From: Pseudomonadota bacterium
GTDB taxonomy: Bacteria > Pseudomonadota > Gammaproteobacteria > Pseudomonadales > JBCDEX01
NCBI GenBank assembly: GCA_039178995.1
Contig: JBCDEX010000002.1
Coordinates: 1-36,007 of the forward strand
Direction of reading: 5' to 3'
DNA: 36,007 nucleotides
Shown here one piece after another: positions 28,395 through 36,007 of this stretch. How positions within the stretch are numbered: position 1 is the stretch's first letter; the number at the start of each line of letters is the position of its first letter. The notes beneath the pieces were generated by a model. It was not told where the DNA came from. It ran no database searches and saw nothing but the letters and a program-made list of their open reading frames with translations. The position numbers and the translations under genes were made by a program.

Positions 28395-29522
28395 TTAGAT
28401 CGATTGTAAATAGTTGCACCCTGTTGTGTCATCTTCTGCAAGCAACGTACCGAGCTTGGTCAACGCCACTTGAGCGCCACCCAACATCACGCTGATGTGT
28501 TTTGCCCATAAAAAGTAACGGTGAATCGGATACGTTACGTCTGCGCCCATGCCGCCGTGCAAATGCTGAGTGCGGTGCACGATGCGATGTCCGCATTCGG
28601 CTGCTTGGTATTTCGCAATGCTGACTTCGGCACGCGCGTCCAATTTTTCGGTCACGCGATACAGCGCCAAAAAGTAGGTTGAACGCATCGATTGCAAATC
28701 AATATAAGCGTCCGCAGCTTGCATCGCAACCATGCCCAACGCGCCAATCGGTGCGCCGAACTGTTTGCGTTCGGTGGTGTATTCCGCGGTGCGTTTGATG
28801 GCTTCTTCACACACGCCCACTTGAATCGCACTCAATGCCAACTCGGCGTGCGAGACGATCCAATCCAATTCGGCTTGTCCACCCAGTACCTTGTCGGCAT
28901 CGATCTGCACATTATCAAACGCAACATTGGCTTGCACTTCGCCACGCGCACTGTCAATTGGGGTGACGGTTACGCCAGCGGCGTTGGTGTCCACCACGAC
29001 CAATTGAATTTCACCAGCGTCCGATTGCGCAGGCACGATGATCGCGTTGGCAATGGCGCCATCGGGTACCATTTGAACGTGTCCAGTTAAGCTTGAGCCA
29101 CTGATACGCACGTCTTTTTTAGCCGACTCGGTCATGCCGATTTCGGCAATCGCGGCGCTGAGCTTGATGCTGCCATCGGCGACACCTGGAAGGTATGTCT
29201 GTTTGAGTGCGTCGTTGCCAAATTCAATCATGGGCAATGCGCCCAATACACACGTTGAAAACAAAGGCAGTGGCGATACACGACGGCCTTGTTCTTCGAG
29301 TATCAAACACAGTTCGATCAGACCCAGCTCGGTGCCACCGTACGCTTCAGGTACATTAATACCCAGCAAGCCTTGTTCGGCTAATGTGTTCCACAGCTCG
29401 GTGTCGTACGACTCATTGCTTTCTGCAAACGTCAGCAGCCACTCGTCGGTGGTGCGGTCGGTGAATATTTGATGCGCCAACTCTTTGATGGCGTTTTGGT
29501 CTTCGCTGAAATTAAAATTCAT
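28395..29522 (-). CDS. Acyl-CoA dehydrogenase family protein, second subunit of a probable heteromer
   Basis: ACAD fold starting MNFNFSEDQNAIKELAHQIF. The preferred start is ATG at 29522, in the context TAG-GAGAACGGAC-ATG and 10 nt after the upstream stop. The ORF-track start at 29570 would overlap that gene by 38 nt. Confidence 0.85.
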   Translation of the reverse strand: MNFNFSEDQNAIKELAHQIFTDRTTDEWLLTFAESNESYDTELWNTLAEQGLLGINVPEAYGGTELGLIELCLILEEQGRRVSPLPLFSTCVLGALPMIEFGNDALKQTYLPGVADGSIKLSAAIAEIGMTESAKKDVRISGSSLTGHVQMVPDGAIANAIIVPAQSDAGEIQLVVVDTNAAGVTVTPIDSARGEVQANVAFDNVQIDADKVLGGQAELDWIVSHAELALSAIQVGVCEEAIKRTAEYTTERKQFGAPIGALGMVAMQAADAYIDLQSMRSTYFLALYRVTEKLDARAEVSIAKYQAAECGHRIVHRTQHLHGGMGADVTYPIHRYFLWAKHISVMLGGAQVALTKLGTLLAEDDTTGCNYLQSI

Positions 29523-29532
29523 GTCCGTTCTC

Positions 29533-30708
29533 CTATCGGTTGCGAGGCATGCCAAGCCCGAATGTGGCAATTAAACTTCTCAGCAGCTCGTTTACGCCAC
29601 CGCCAAAGGTTGTGATCTGGCATCGTCTGTATTCGTGCTCAAGATCGCCGTACAACATCGCTGCATCGCTGCCACTGGCTGCGAGTGCTTGAGGGCCAAT
29701 GCAATCCATTAAGAGTTTGCACACTTCAATGACGGATTCGGTAGACGATACTTTCATGCCCGAGGCCAACGCCACGTCCATTTCATTGGCGTCTACTTTG
29801 GCGGTCATGCGCGCAGTCGTCACACGCATGGCTTCGAGTAATGTCAACGCGCTGGCTAAGTTCAATTGGATGCGTGGATCGTCGATTGGACGCGTGTCGT
29901 TGTTGCCTTTGGTGCGAGCCCAAGTCAGGGTGCGATCGTAAAGTTTCCAACCTTGAATGCCCCATGCAGCCAAACCAACGCGTTCATGATTGAGCTGCGA
30001 CATGGTCAAGACCCAACCGCCATCGACTTCACCGATGATCATCGACTTATGCACGCGTACGTCTTGGTAGTACGACGCATTGGTGCGTACCCCACCGACG
30101 GTGTGAATAGGCGTATATGAAAAGCCAGGGTCTTTGGTGTCGACGATCATGATGGTGATGCCTTTATGACGTGAGTCTGGCGTGGTACGTACTGCAAGCC
30201 AGATGTAGTCAGCGCCTTCAGCACCTGAGGTATACACTTTGGAACCGTTTACGATATAGTAATCTGGGTCGTTTGGATCGACCACCGCGCTGGTGGTTAA
30301 GTTGGCCAGATCAGTGCCCGCATTCGGCTCTGAATAACCGATGGCGAAATGCAATTCACCTGCGGCGATGCCCGGTAAGAATTTTCGCTTACTCTCTTCG
30401 GTGCCAAACTCCATCAGCTCAGGACCTACGGTGTTTAACGTTACGAATGGAACCGGGGCGCCGGCCAATAAGGCTTCTTCAAAAAACATCAGCTGTTCGG
30501 TGGCACTGGCGCCTTGGCCACCGTACTCTTTAGGCCAGCCGAGTGCTAACCAACCGTCTTTACCCATCTGTTTGATGATGTCTTTGTACAACGGGCCGCT
30601 TTCTGCATTACGCAGCTCGTCGTGCCATTCGTCTTTGATTAACGCAGAAAAGTAGGTGCGCATTTTTTTGCGCAGCGCTTGTTGCTCTGGACTATAGTCT
30701 ACAATCAT
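29533..30708 (-). CDS. Acyl-CoA dehydrogenase family protein, first subunit of a probable heteromer
   Basis: ACAD fold (GWLALGWPKEYGGQG, FAIGYSEPNAGTDL, C-terminal ITTFGGGVNELLRSLIA). 391 aa. Confidence 0.88.
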   Translation of the reverse strand: MIVDYSPEQQALRKKMRTYFSALIKDEWHDELRNAESGPLYKDIIKQMGKDGWLALGWPKEYGGQGASATEQLMFFEEALLAGAPVPFVTLNTVGPELMEFGTEESKRKFLPGIAAGELHFAIGYSEPNAGTDLANLTTSAVVDPNDPDYYIVNGSKVYTSGAEGADYIWLAVRTTPDSRHKGITIMIVDTKDPGFSYTPIHTVGGVRTNASYYQDVRVHKSMIIGEVDGGWVLTMSQLNHERVGLAAWGIQGWKLYDRTLTWARTKGNNDTRPIDDPRIQLNLASALTLLEAMRVTTARMTAKVDANEMDVALASGMKVSSTESVIEVCKLLMDCIGPQALAASGSDAAMLYGDLEHEYRRCQITTFGGGVNELLRSLIATFGLGMPRNR

Positions 30709-30761
30709 AACTGTGCCTATGTTCTCGTGTGGAAGAGGTCTTCACATTGAAAAAACGCGAT

Positions 30762-30789
30762 CTATTGATCGCATGCGTTTGACTGGTGA
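30762..30789. promoter_or_regulatory. Imperfect palindrome in the divergent intergenic region (candidate TetR operator)
   Basis: AAACGCGATC-tatt-GATCGC(ATGC)GTTT, 53-80 nt upstream of the first ACAD start. The assignment rests on position and symmetry only. Confidence 0.25.
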
Positions 30790-30961
30790 AGAGAGTTTGT
30801 TTATCGTGTGCCTATTAAAGTTGAATATGGATTCAATTTCAAGAATTAATTGATGATTTGGGCAAATTCCAACCGATGGTGTGGCTCAAGGAATCCAATT
30901 ATGCATTGATTGAAATGCGTTTACGGTGACATAAAGTATTCAAAATAAATACTTAGGAAGT

Positions 30962-31705
30962 ATGTTGGTACTTACTTGCTCAAGAGTTAAAAGGGACGTC
31001 GATGTGACTGAATCGGAGAACAAACCCAAAAAGGCGTTAAGCGCCAAAGGCGAAAAAGCGCGTCAAAAGCTGAAGCACGCGGCATTTGAAGTGTTGGATG
31101 AAATGGGATATCACGACATTCGCATCGCCGATGTCACTCAACGGGCAGGCGTGGCATCGGGACTGTTTTATCACTATTTCCCGGACTTGTTGACGCTCAC
31201 ACGAGAGGTGCTCGAGGACTTCACCGCCAACGCAAAGCAGACACAAAAAATTGAGCAGGGCATTACCAAAGGCGACTGGTATGGTCGCATCTACGCGTAC
31301 AATCATTTGGTGGTGTCGTCATATTCTGAGCATCCAGGCATCATGCGCTGTCTGTTGCAATTGGCCGATGCAGATAAAGAATTCTCACGCATGCTGCGCC
31401 AGGGGTTTATTGAGCAACTCAGTTGGTTAACGCATCAAATGCCTCGATTGTTTCCAGACGCGGGGTTTGATCAGGCGCACGGGGAGCACCAATCGTTACT
31501 GGTGGTGTACTCATTATCAGGCATGGCGCAAACCTTGTTGCGGGACTATTACATCAATGAAGAGCCAGAATTGCGTCACGCGTCATTAACGGATGATGCG
31601 GTGGCGGAGTTGCTGAGCGTGATTTTTTATCGGGGCTTATTCTTGGAGCACCCGCCAGCGGATCGCTTGCACTACACGGCACAGTTGAGCCACATGCATC
31701 GCTAG
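30962..31705 (+). CDS. TetR/AcrR-family transcriptional regulator
   Basis: HTH region KLKHAAFEVLDEMGYHDIRIADVTQRAGVASGLFYHYFP. It is divergent from the ACAD operon. The start is uncertain, because a GTG at 31004 with AAGGGA upstream is an alternative. Confidence 0.85.
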   Translation: MLVLTCSRVKRDVDVTESENKPKKALSAKGEKARQKLKHAAFEVLDEMGYHDIRIADVTQRAGVASGLFYHYFPDLLTLTREVLEDFTANAKQTQKIEQGITKGDWYGRIYAYNHLVVSSYSEHPGIMRCLLQLADADKEFSRMLRQGFIEQLSWLTHQMPRLFPDAGFDQAHGEHQSLLVVYSLSGMAQTLLRDYYINEEPELRHASLTDDAVAELLSVIFYRGLFLEHPPADRLHYTAQLSHMHR

Positions 31706-31712
31706 TGTGTGT

Positions 31713-31846
31713 ATGTGGTTAATTACATCGAGCTATTCTATAACCCAGTTCGTCGTCATGGAAACAATGGAGATTTGTCTCCGGTTGACGATGAAGCGAA
31801 CCATTTTAGGAAGCAGCAGAGTGTTTAGAAAAGTAGGGGCGATTCA
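31713..31846 (+). mobile_element. IS3-family transposase 3' tail remnant plus element end (copy 1)
   Basis: It translates to YIELFYNPVRRHGNNGDLSPVDDEANHFRKQQSV*, which matches the C-terminal YIE.FYN..RRH...G..SP motif of IS3 OrfB integrases. It ends ...GATTCA. No upstream transposase body is present. Confidence 0.7.
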
Positions 31847-31867
31847 CAGCTTGTTCAAGGACTATAT

Positions 31868-33406
31868 ATGAAGACACAATTCACATGGCTGATGATGTGC
31901 ATGGTGCTCGCGTTAACTGCGTGCAATGACTCATCAGTGACTGATATCAATAACGCATCCTCTGATACCAATGCAAACCCGGTTGTGCTTTCGCTGTGTA
32001 ATGATGCGCTTGACGACACGGTAAACACCAAGCCAGTGAGCAGCGGTGCGTGCAGTCAAACGGCGGACACCGACTGTGAGACCTCGCACTTTATTGGCGG
32101 TGCCGTGATTAATAACGCAACCCCGCTGATGTTGATGGAATCGACCAGCGGACAAAAAGTCACCATTGACGCGGCGAGCTGCCAACAAACGGAATTTGAA
32201 TTCCAAGTGGTGCCAGCGCATTACACCGATGGGTTTCAAATCAGCATCAAAGACAACGCGCAAAACTGCACCGTGACAGATGCGTCGGGTGTGTACACAG
32301 GGTTCCCAAATGTGGCGGCTAAAATTCAGTGCCCTGATGAGGCTGGCACACGCTATTCGGGCAATCCAGTCGTTCGTGATCAATACGTCGCCGACCCAAC
32401 GGCGATTACGGTGGGTGACTATTTGTACGTGTATGCGGGTAAAGATGAAACGTCTTTGTTTGACATCGAGTCTGAGCGTTGCGGCAATTTGGTCGGGTGC
32501 GCGCTTGAAATGCTTGAGCTAAATGGCGGGTTTGATATCACCGGATATCATGTCTATCGCACCAACAATATGGTGGATTGGGAATACGTTGCACCTGCCT
32601 TGCAAGTGGATGACGTGCCGTGGATGCCGCAATCATGGGCTGGGCATGTGATCGAGCACGACAGCAAATACTACTTGTACACTTCGACGCCGGTGTACGA
32701 AATCAACTACGTTGGATACGTGTTGGATTTCTTTAAATTTTTGAAATTGCCGAACGGTCCTCGAGCGTCTGTGGGCGTTGCGGTGAGTGACACGCCTGAG
32801 GGGCCGTTTGTTGACATCGGTCAGCCGTTAATCAAATGGGGTACGCCTGGCACGATTAATTCGGTGATGGACCCTGCTGCGTTCGTCGATGACGACGGTC
32901 GTGCGTACTTATTTTATGGCGGCGGCGGCAAGGCGCAATATGTCGAGCTCAACGATAACATGGTGTCGCACGACGGCAACTTCAAAGACATTGTCGGTGT
33001 GAATGGCAGCAATCCAATTCCTGATTTTGTTGAAGGCGTCTACATCCACAAGCGCGGCGATCGTTACTACATGAGCTATTCCAAATCGTCGTTTGGTAAA
33101 GACCCTGATGGCTTGGCGTATGCCACTGCCGACAACATTGATGGCCCTTGGACATTCCAAGGCGAATTTTTAGACGACGTGGGCATCATGACCAACCACA
33201 GCGCCATCGTGAATTTTAAAGGCGAAGACTATTTGCTCTATCACAATGGACGTTTGCCGGGCATTCACAGCAAGCACGATGTGGCAGGCGATGGGATGAA
33301 AAGTTTGGCGACTCGTGCGTTGGCTGTGGAAAAATTATCGTACGACAGCAACGGCAACATTAACTACGTTGAACAAACCGAACTCGGTGTGCCAGCACGG
33401 CCGTAG
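31868..33406 (+). CDS. Glycoside hydrolase family 43 lipoprotein (paralog A)
   Basis: Lipobox LALTAC. GH43 motifs are GNPVVRDQYVADPTAITVGDYLYVY (catalytic Asp region), MDPAAFVDDDG and FVEGVYIHKRGDRYYMSYS (catalytic Glu region). There is a roughly 150-aa N-terminal extra domain. Confidence 0.88.
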   Translation: MKTQFTWLMMCMVLALTACNDSSVTDINNASSDTNANPVVLSLCNDALDDTVNTKPVSSGACSQTADTDCETSHFIGGAVINNATPLMLMESTSGQKVTIDAASCQQTEFEFQVVPAHYTDGFQISIKDNAQNCTVTDASGVYTGFPNVAAKIQCPDEAGTRYSGNPVVRDQYVADPTAITVGDYLYVYAGKDETSLFDIESERCGNLVGCALEMLELNGGFDITGYHVYRTNNMVDWEYVAPALQVDDVPWMPQSWAGHVIEHDSKYYLYTSTPVYEINYVGYVLDFFKFLKLPNGPRASVGVAVSDTPEGPFVDIGQPLIKWGTPGTINSVMDPAAFVDDDGRAYLFYGGGGKAQYVELNDNMVSHDGNFKDIVGVNGSNPIPDFVEGVYIHKRGDRYYMSYSKSSFGKDPDGLAYATADNIDGPWTFQGEFLDDVGIMTNHSAIVNFKGEDYLLYHNGRLPGIHSKHDVAGDGMKSLATRALAVEKLSYDSNGNINYVEQTELGVPARP

Positions 33407-33462
33407 CTCGTCATTCTTGAGCACATGTTTAACGTAAACGCTATGCGCGAGTAAGGCCGCGC

Positions 33463-34116
33463 TTAGGGTTTGTTGACCTTAGGCGGATTTTTTCGATTGG
33501 GGTAACAGTGCGTGCAGATCTCACATTCCAGCCCAAAGCATTTTCGAGCGGGGCAAAATTCGCGTCCGTAATAAATGATCTGCAAATGCAAATCGTTCCA
33601 GCTCTCTTTGGGAAACAAGGCTTTCAAATCGCGTTCCGTTTGCACCACGTTTTTCCCTTTGGTTAAGCCCCAACGTTGCGCTAAGCGATGAATGTGGGTG
33701 TCCACCGCAAAGGCGGGCACACCAAACGCTTGCGACATCACCACGCTGGCGGTCTTGTGACCGACTCCGGGCAAGGCTTCCAGTTGCTCCATATATTGTG
33801 GTACGACGCCGTCGTGTTGATCAAGCAAGATGTGAGAGAGCTCATAAATCGCTTTGGATTTGCGCGGTGATAAGCCGCACGGTTTGATAATCTCACGAAT
33901 ATGTTCTGGGCTGAGCGTGATCATTTTGTCAGGCGTATCAGCCAATTTAAACAGCGCAGGCGTGATCTGATTGACGCGCTCGTCGGTGCATTGCGCCGAC
34001 AACAGTACCGCAATCAATAATGTGTAATCGCTACTGTGATCCAGTGGAATAGGCGGGTTGGGGTACAGCCGTTGCAAGGTCTTGTGAATGTAAGCAGCAC
34101 GTTCTTTTTTCAGCAT
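33463..34116 (-). CDS. nth: Endonuclease III (DNA glycosylase/AP lyase)
   Basis: LLSAQCTDERVN, a HhH-GPD region LPGVGHKTASVVM...AVDTHIHR, and a C-terminal Cys cluster CPARKCFGLECEICTHC. The preferred start is ATG at 34116 (MLKKERAAY). The ORF track extends to 34191. Confidence 0.92.
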   Translation of the reverse strand: MLKKERAAYIHKTLQRLYPNPPIPLDHSSDYTLLIAVLLSAQCTDERVNQITPALFKLADTPDKMITLSPEHIREIIKPCGLSPRKSKAIYELSHILLDQHDGVVPQYMEQLEALPGVGHKTASVVMSQAFGVPAFAVDTHIHRLAQRWGLTKGKNVVQTERDLKALFPKESWNDLHLQIIYYGREFCPARKCFGLECEICTHCYPNRKNPPKVNKP

Positions 34117-34268
34117 GGTGTCTCGATGCGTGTTGGTTGAAATCGATAAAGCGTGACTATACCGAACTTCTCGCGAGATGAGTAATGTCACAGTTTATTT
34201 GTGACTTTGAGCGCGGTTTCGTATTAAGATGAACGGCATAACAATCAAATGAATAGAGGGCAAGTAAG

Positions 34269-35672
34269 ATGAGTCGATGGACCATGTTGGGTTTCTGCAT
34301 CGCAGTGATCGGTGGGTTAAATGCGTGTCAGCTTGAAGGCGACGCAAATGATAGCACACGCGCCAAAGACGATTTTGTCGGTGGCGTGGTGGTGAAACAT
34401 CGAGACCCAATCGTGTTAAAAGAAACCATCACCGAACGAGAGATTACGGTTAAGCCAAACGACCAAGGAGTGTCTGAGTTCAAATTTTCAGGCAAACCGC
34501 TGTCAGGAAAATACAACGTGACCATTGTCTCCAGTGGCGATCAAAACTGCACCTTAGAGAACGGTTCGGGCACGTACAATAATTTCCCAGTATTCGACAT
34601 CAAAGTACTGTGTGAAGACGAAAACGGCACACGCTGGTCGGGCAATCCAATTGTGCGCAACATGTACACAGCGGACCCGTCGGTGTTGGTAGAAGGCGAC
34701 ACCTTGTACATGTATGCGGGACGCGACGAAACGTCATTTTTTCACGTTGATCCAGCACGCTGTGGCACGGCGTGTGCGGAAAAATTCGTTCAACTGTTTA
34801 GCGACTTTAACATCACCGGCATTCATATTTTTAAAACCACCAATATGGTGGATTGGTCTTACGTCGGACCTGCAATTCACGCAAAAGACACGACGTGGAT
34901 GTCGCAAACGTGGGCGAGCCAGATCGCCAAAAAAGGCGACAAATATTATTTATACACCTGCTCGCCTGTGAAGGTCAGCGTTGGATTGGCGGTGGTGTTT
35001 CAAAACATCATGGCGGCACTTCAAGGCAAAGAAGCCAACGCGGGGCCTTATGCGGAAGTGGGTGTGGCGGTCAGCGACTCGCCCGAAGGTCCGTTTGTCG
35101 ACATTGGGCAGAGTTTGGTGAAACAAGGCATGCCAAACGCAGGGCCTTCGATCATGGATCCCACGGTGTCGTTTGACGACAACGGCGATGCGTATTTGTT
35201 TTATGGCGGTGGCGGTGTCGCCAAGTACGTCAAGCTGGGTGACGACATGGTGTCGCTCGATGGCGACATCAAAGACGTGCGCTTGAGCGATGGTTCAACG
35301 TTTCCTGGTTTTACTGAAGGGCCGCACATGCATCAACAAAACGGCAAGTACTATCTCAGCTATTCAGCGTCCAAAGCGTTTAACTTGGGACCGCTGCGTT
35401 ACGCGATGGCCGACAGTGTTCACGGGCCGTGGACGTACAAAGGCGACTATTTAGGTGATGTGAAAATCACCACCAATCACGGTTCCATCGCACGATTCAA
35501 AGGCAACGACTACGCGTTTTATCACACCGGTTTGTTGCCGGGCATCACCACCTTTTTCGGTGCACTCGCGGCGACAGGCACACGCGCGGTCAGTTTGGAT
35601 AAATTAGAGTACACCGACAATGGAGAGATCAAATTCGTCGAGCAAACGCGCGTGGGCGTGAAGGAGTTCTAG
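34269..35672 (+). CDS. Glycoside hydrolase family 43 lipoprotein (paralog B)
   Basis: Lipobox GGLNAC. It has the same GH43 motifs (GNPIVRNMYTADPSVLVEGDTLYMY, MDPTVSFDDNG, FTEGPHMHQQNGKYYLSYS) and the same N-terminal domain signature as paralog A. Confidence 0.88.
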   Translation: MSRWTMLGFCIAVIGGLNACQLEGDANDSTRAKDDFVGGVVVKHRDPIVLKETITEREITVKPNDQGVSEFKFSGKPLSGKYNVTIVSSGDQNCTLENGSGTYNNFPVFDIKVLCEDENGTRWSGNPIVRNMYTADPSVLVEGDTLYMYAGRDETSFFHVDPARCGTACAEKFVQLFSDFNITGIHIFKTTNMVDWSYVGPAIHAKDTTWMSQTWASQIAKKGDKYYLYTCSPVKVSVGLAVVFQNIMAALQGKEANAGPYAEVGVAVSDSPEGPFVDIGQSLVKQGMPNAGPSIMDPTVSFDDNGDAYLFYGGGGVAKYVKLGDDMVSLDGDIKDVRLSDGSTFPGFTEGPHMHQQNGKYYLSYSASKAFNLGPLRYAMADSVHGPWTYKGDYLGDVKITTNHGSIARFKGNDYAFYHTGLLPGITTFFGALAATGTRAVSLDKLEYTDNGEIKFVEQTRVGVKEF

Positions 35673-35695
35673 TAATCGTTAAGAAGGAAAGCTTG

Positions 35696-35829
35696 ATGTG
35701 TTTAATTACATCGAGCTATTCTATAACCCAGTTCGTCGTCACGGAAACAATTGAGGTTTGTCTCCGGTTGACTATGAAACGAACTACTTTAGGAAGCAGC
35801 AGAGTGTTTAGAAAAGTCGGGACAATTCA
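35696..35829 (+). mobile_element. IS3-family transposase 3' tail remnant (copy 2, degenerate)
   Basis: Same boundaries and orientation as copy 1. I count about a dozen substitutions and no indels. Its translation carries an internal TGA (YIELFYNPVRRHGNN*GLSPVDYETNYFRKQQSV*). Confidence 0.7.
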
Positions 35830-35841
35830 GAGGATGATAAG

Positions 35842-36007
35842 TTGAGAGTATTATGGAGTATTACGGTATTAATCGCTTTGTTATTGTTGGGCACTGCTAC
35901 AGGGCTGTCGGCAAACGAGTTAGGAAAAACAGTAGGAGAAATTGTTAAAGGCAAGCACGAGACTAATGAAGGTGGTAAAGTCATAGACTCATTTTCTGCT
36001 GCTAATC
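35842..36007 (+). CDS. Secreted hypothetical protein, N-terminal part (runs off window)
   Basis: Found manually. AGGA lies 7 nt before a TTG start. MRVLWSITVLIALLLLGTATGLSA is a signal peptide, and the frame is open to the window end. Confidence 0.4.
   Translation, partial: MRVLWSITVLIALLLLGTATGLSANELGKTVGEIVKGKHETNEGGKVIDSFSAAN

Noticed and set aside
29523-29570. A 38-nt overlap between the two ACAD genes, as implied by the ORF track
   Set aside because: The upstream ATG at 29570 adds 16 non-conserved residues and has no SD. The ATG at 29522 has GGAGAA upstream and starts the typical ACAD N-terminus (MNFNFSED).
31713-31846. The ~134-bp repeats could be a MITE
   Set aside because: The left boundary (ATGTGGTTAATTAC) is not an inverted copy of the right terminus (…GGGGCGATTCA). 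The unit is simply the coding 3' end of an IS3-type transposase, so it is a relic fragment rather than a miniature element with two ends.

Overview
This is a mid-GC chromosomal window that looks gammaproteobacterial and probably marine. No rRNA, tRNA or CRISPR array was seen by eye.

- **1-4.4 kb, housekeeping core:** the 3' end of rpoD, then rpsF-rpsR-(conserved membrane protein)-rplI-dnaB. There is no priB, which matches Pseudomonas-like synteny.
- **4.4-7.9 kb, acyl-CoA cluster:** a hot-dog thioesterase, a MaoC hydratase, a tiny lipoprotein ORF, a thiolase and an MFE-2/Hsd4A-like SDR.
- **8-13 kb:** an NfeD/SPFH pair, a solitary alkB alkane hydroxylase and the DEAD-box helicase deaD.
- **13-17.3 kb:**
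  - a secreted protein gene split by an in-frame TGA, ending in a CxxCH motif;
  - yaiI;
  - an operon behind a Fur-box promoter that encodes a porin-like outer membrane protein, an FMN-binding protein with a flavinylation motif, and a PepSY-TM protein.
- **17.4-24.7 kb, apparently accessory and decaying:**
  - a Big_2 + Kelch-propeller lipoprotein gene broken by a frameshift and a nonsense codon;
  - a monocistronic gene for a roughly 1065-aa orphan secreted protein with a LamG-like domain and a C-terminal CxxCH;
  - a truncated Kelch fragment with TGA at a Trp position;
  - small membrane ORFs.
- **24.8-31.7 kb:** cytochrome b561, then a five-gene operon whose content and order match the mycobacterial igr locus (ACAD-ACAD-MaoC/DUF35-MaoC-Ltp2-like), with a divergent TetR regulator.
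- **31.7-36 kb:** two paralogous GH43 lipoproteins flank nth. The block is bracketed by two roughly 134-bp direct repeats that are identically truncated IS3-family transposase 3' tails. A new secreted-protein gene then runs off the window.

The most interesting items are the igr-type operon outside Actinobacteria, the Fur-controlled OMP/flavoprotein/PepSY module, the orphan LamG-CxxCH protein, the run of nonsense lesions in secreted-protein genes, and the IS-tail repeats around the GH43 duplication.
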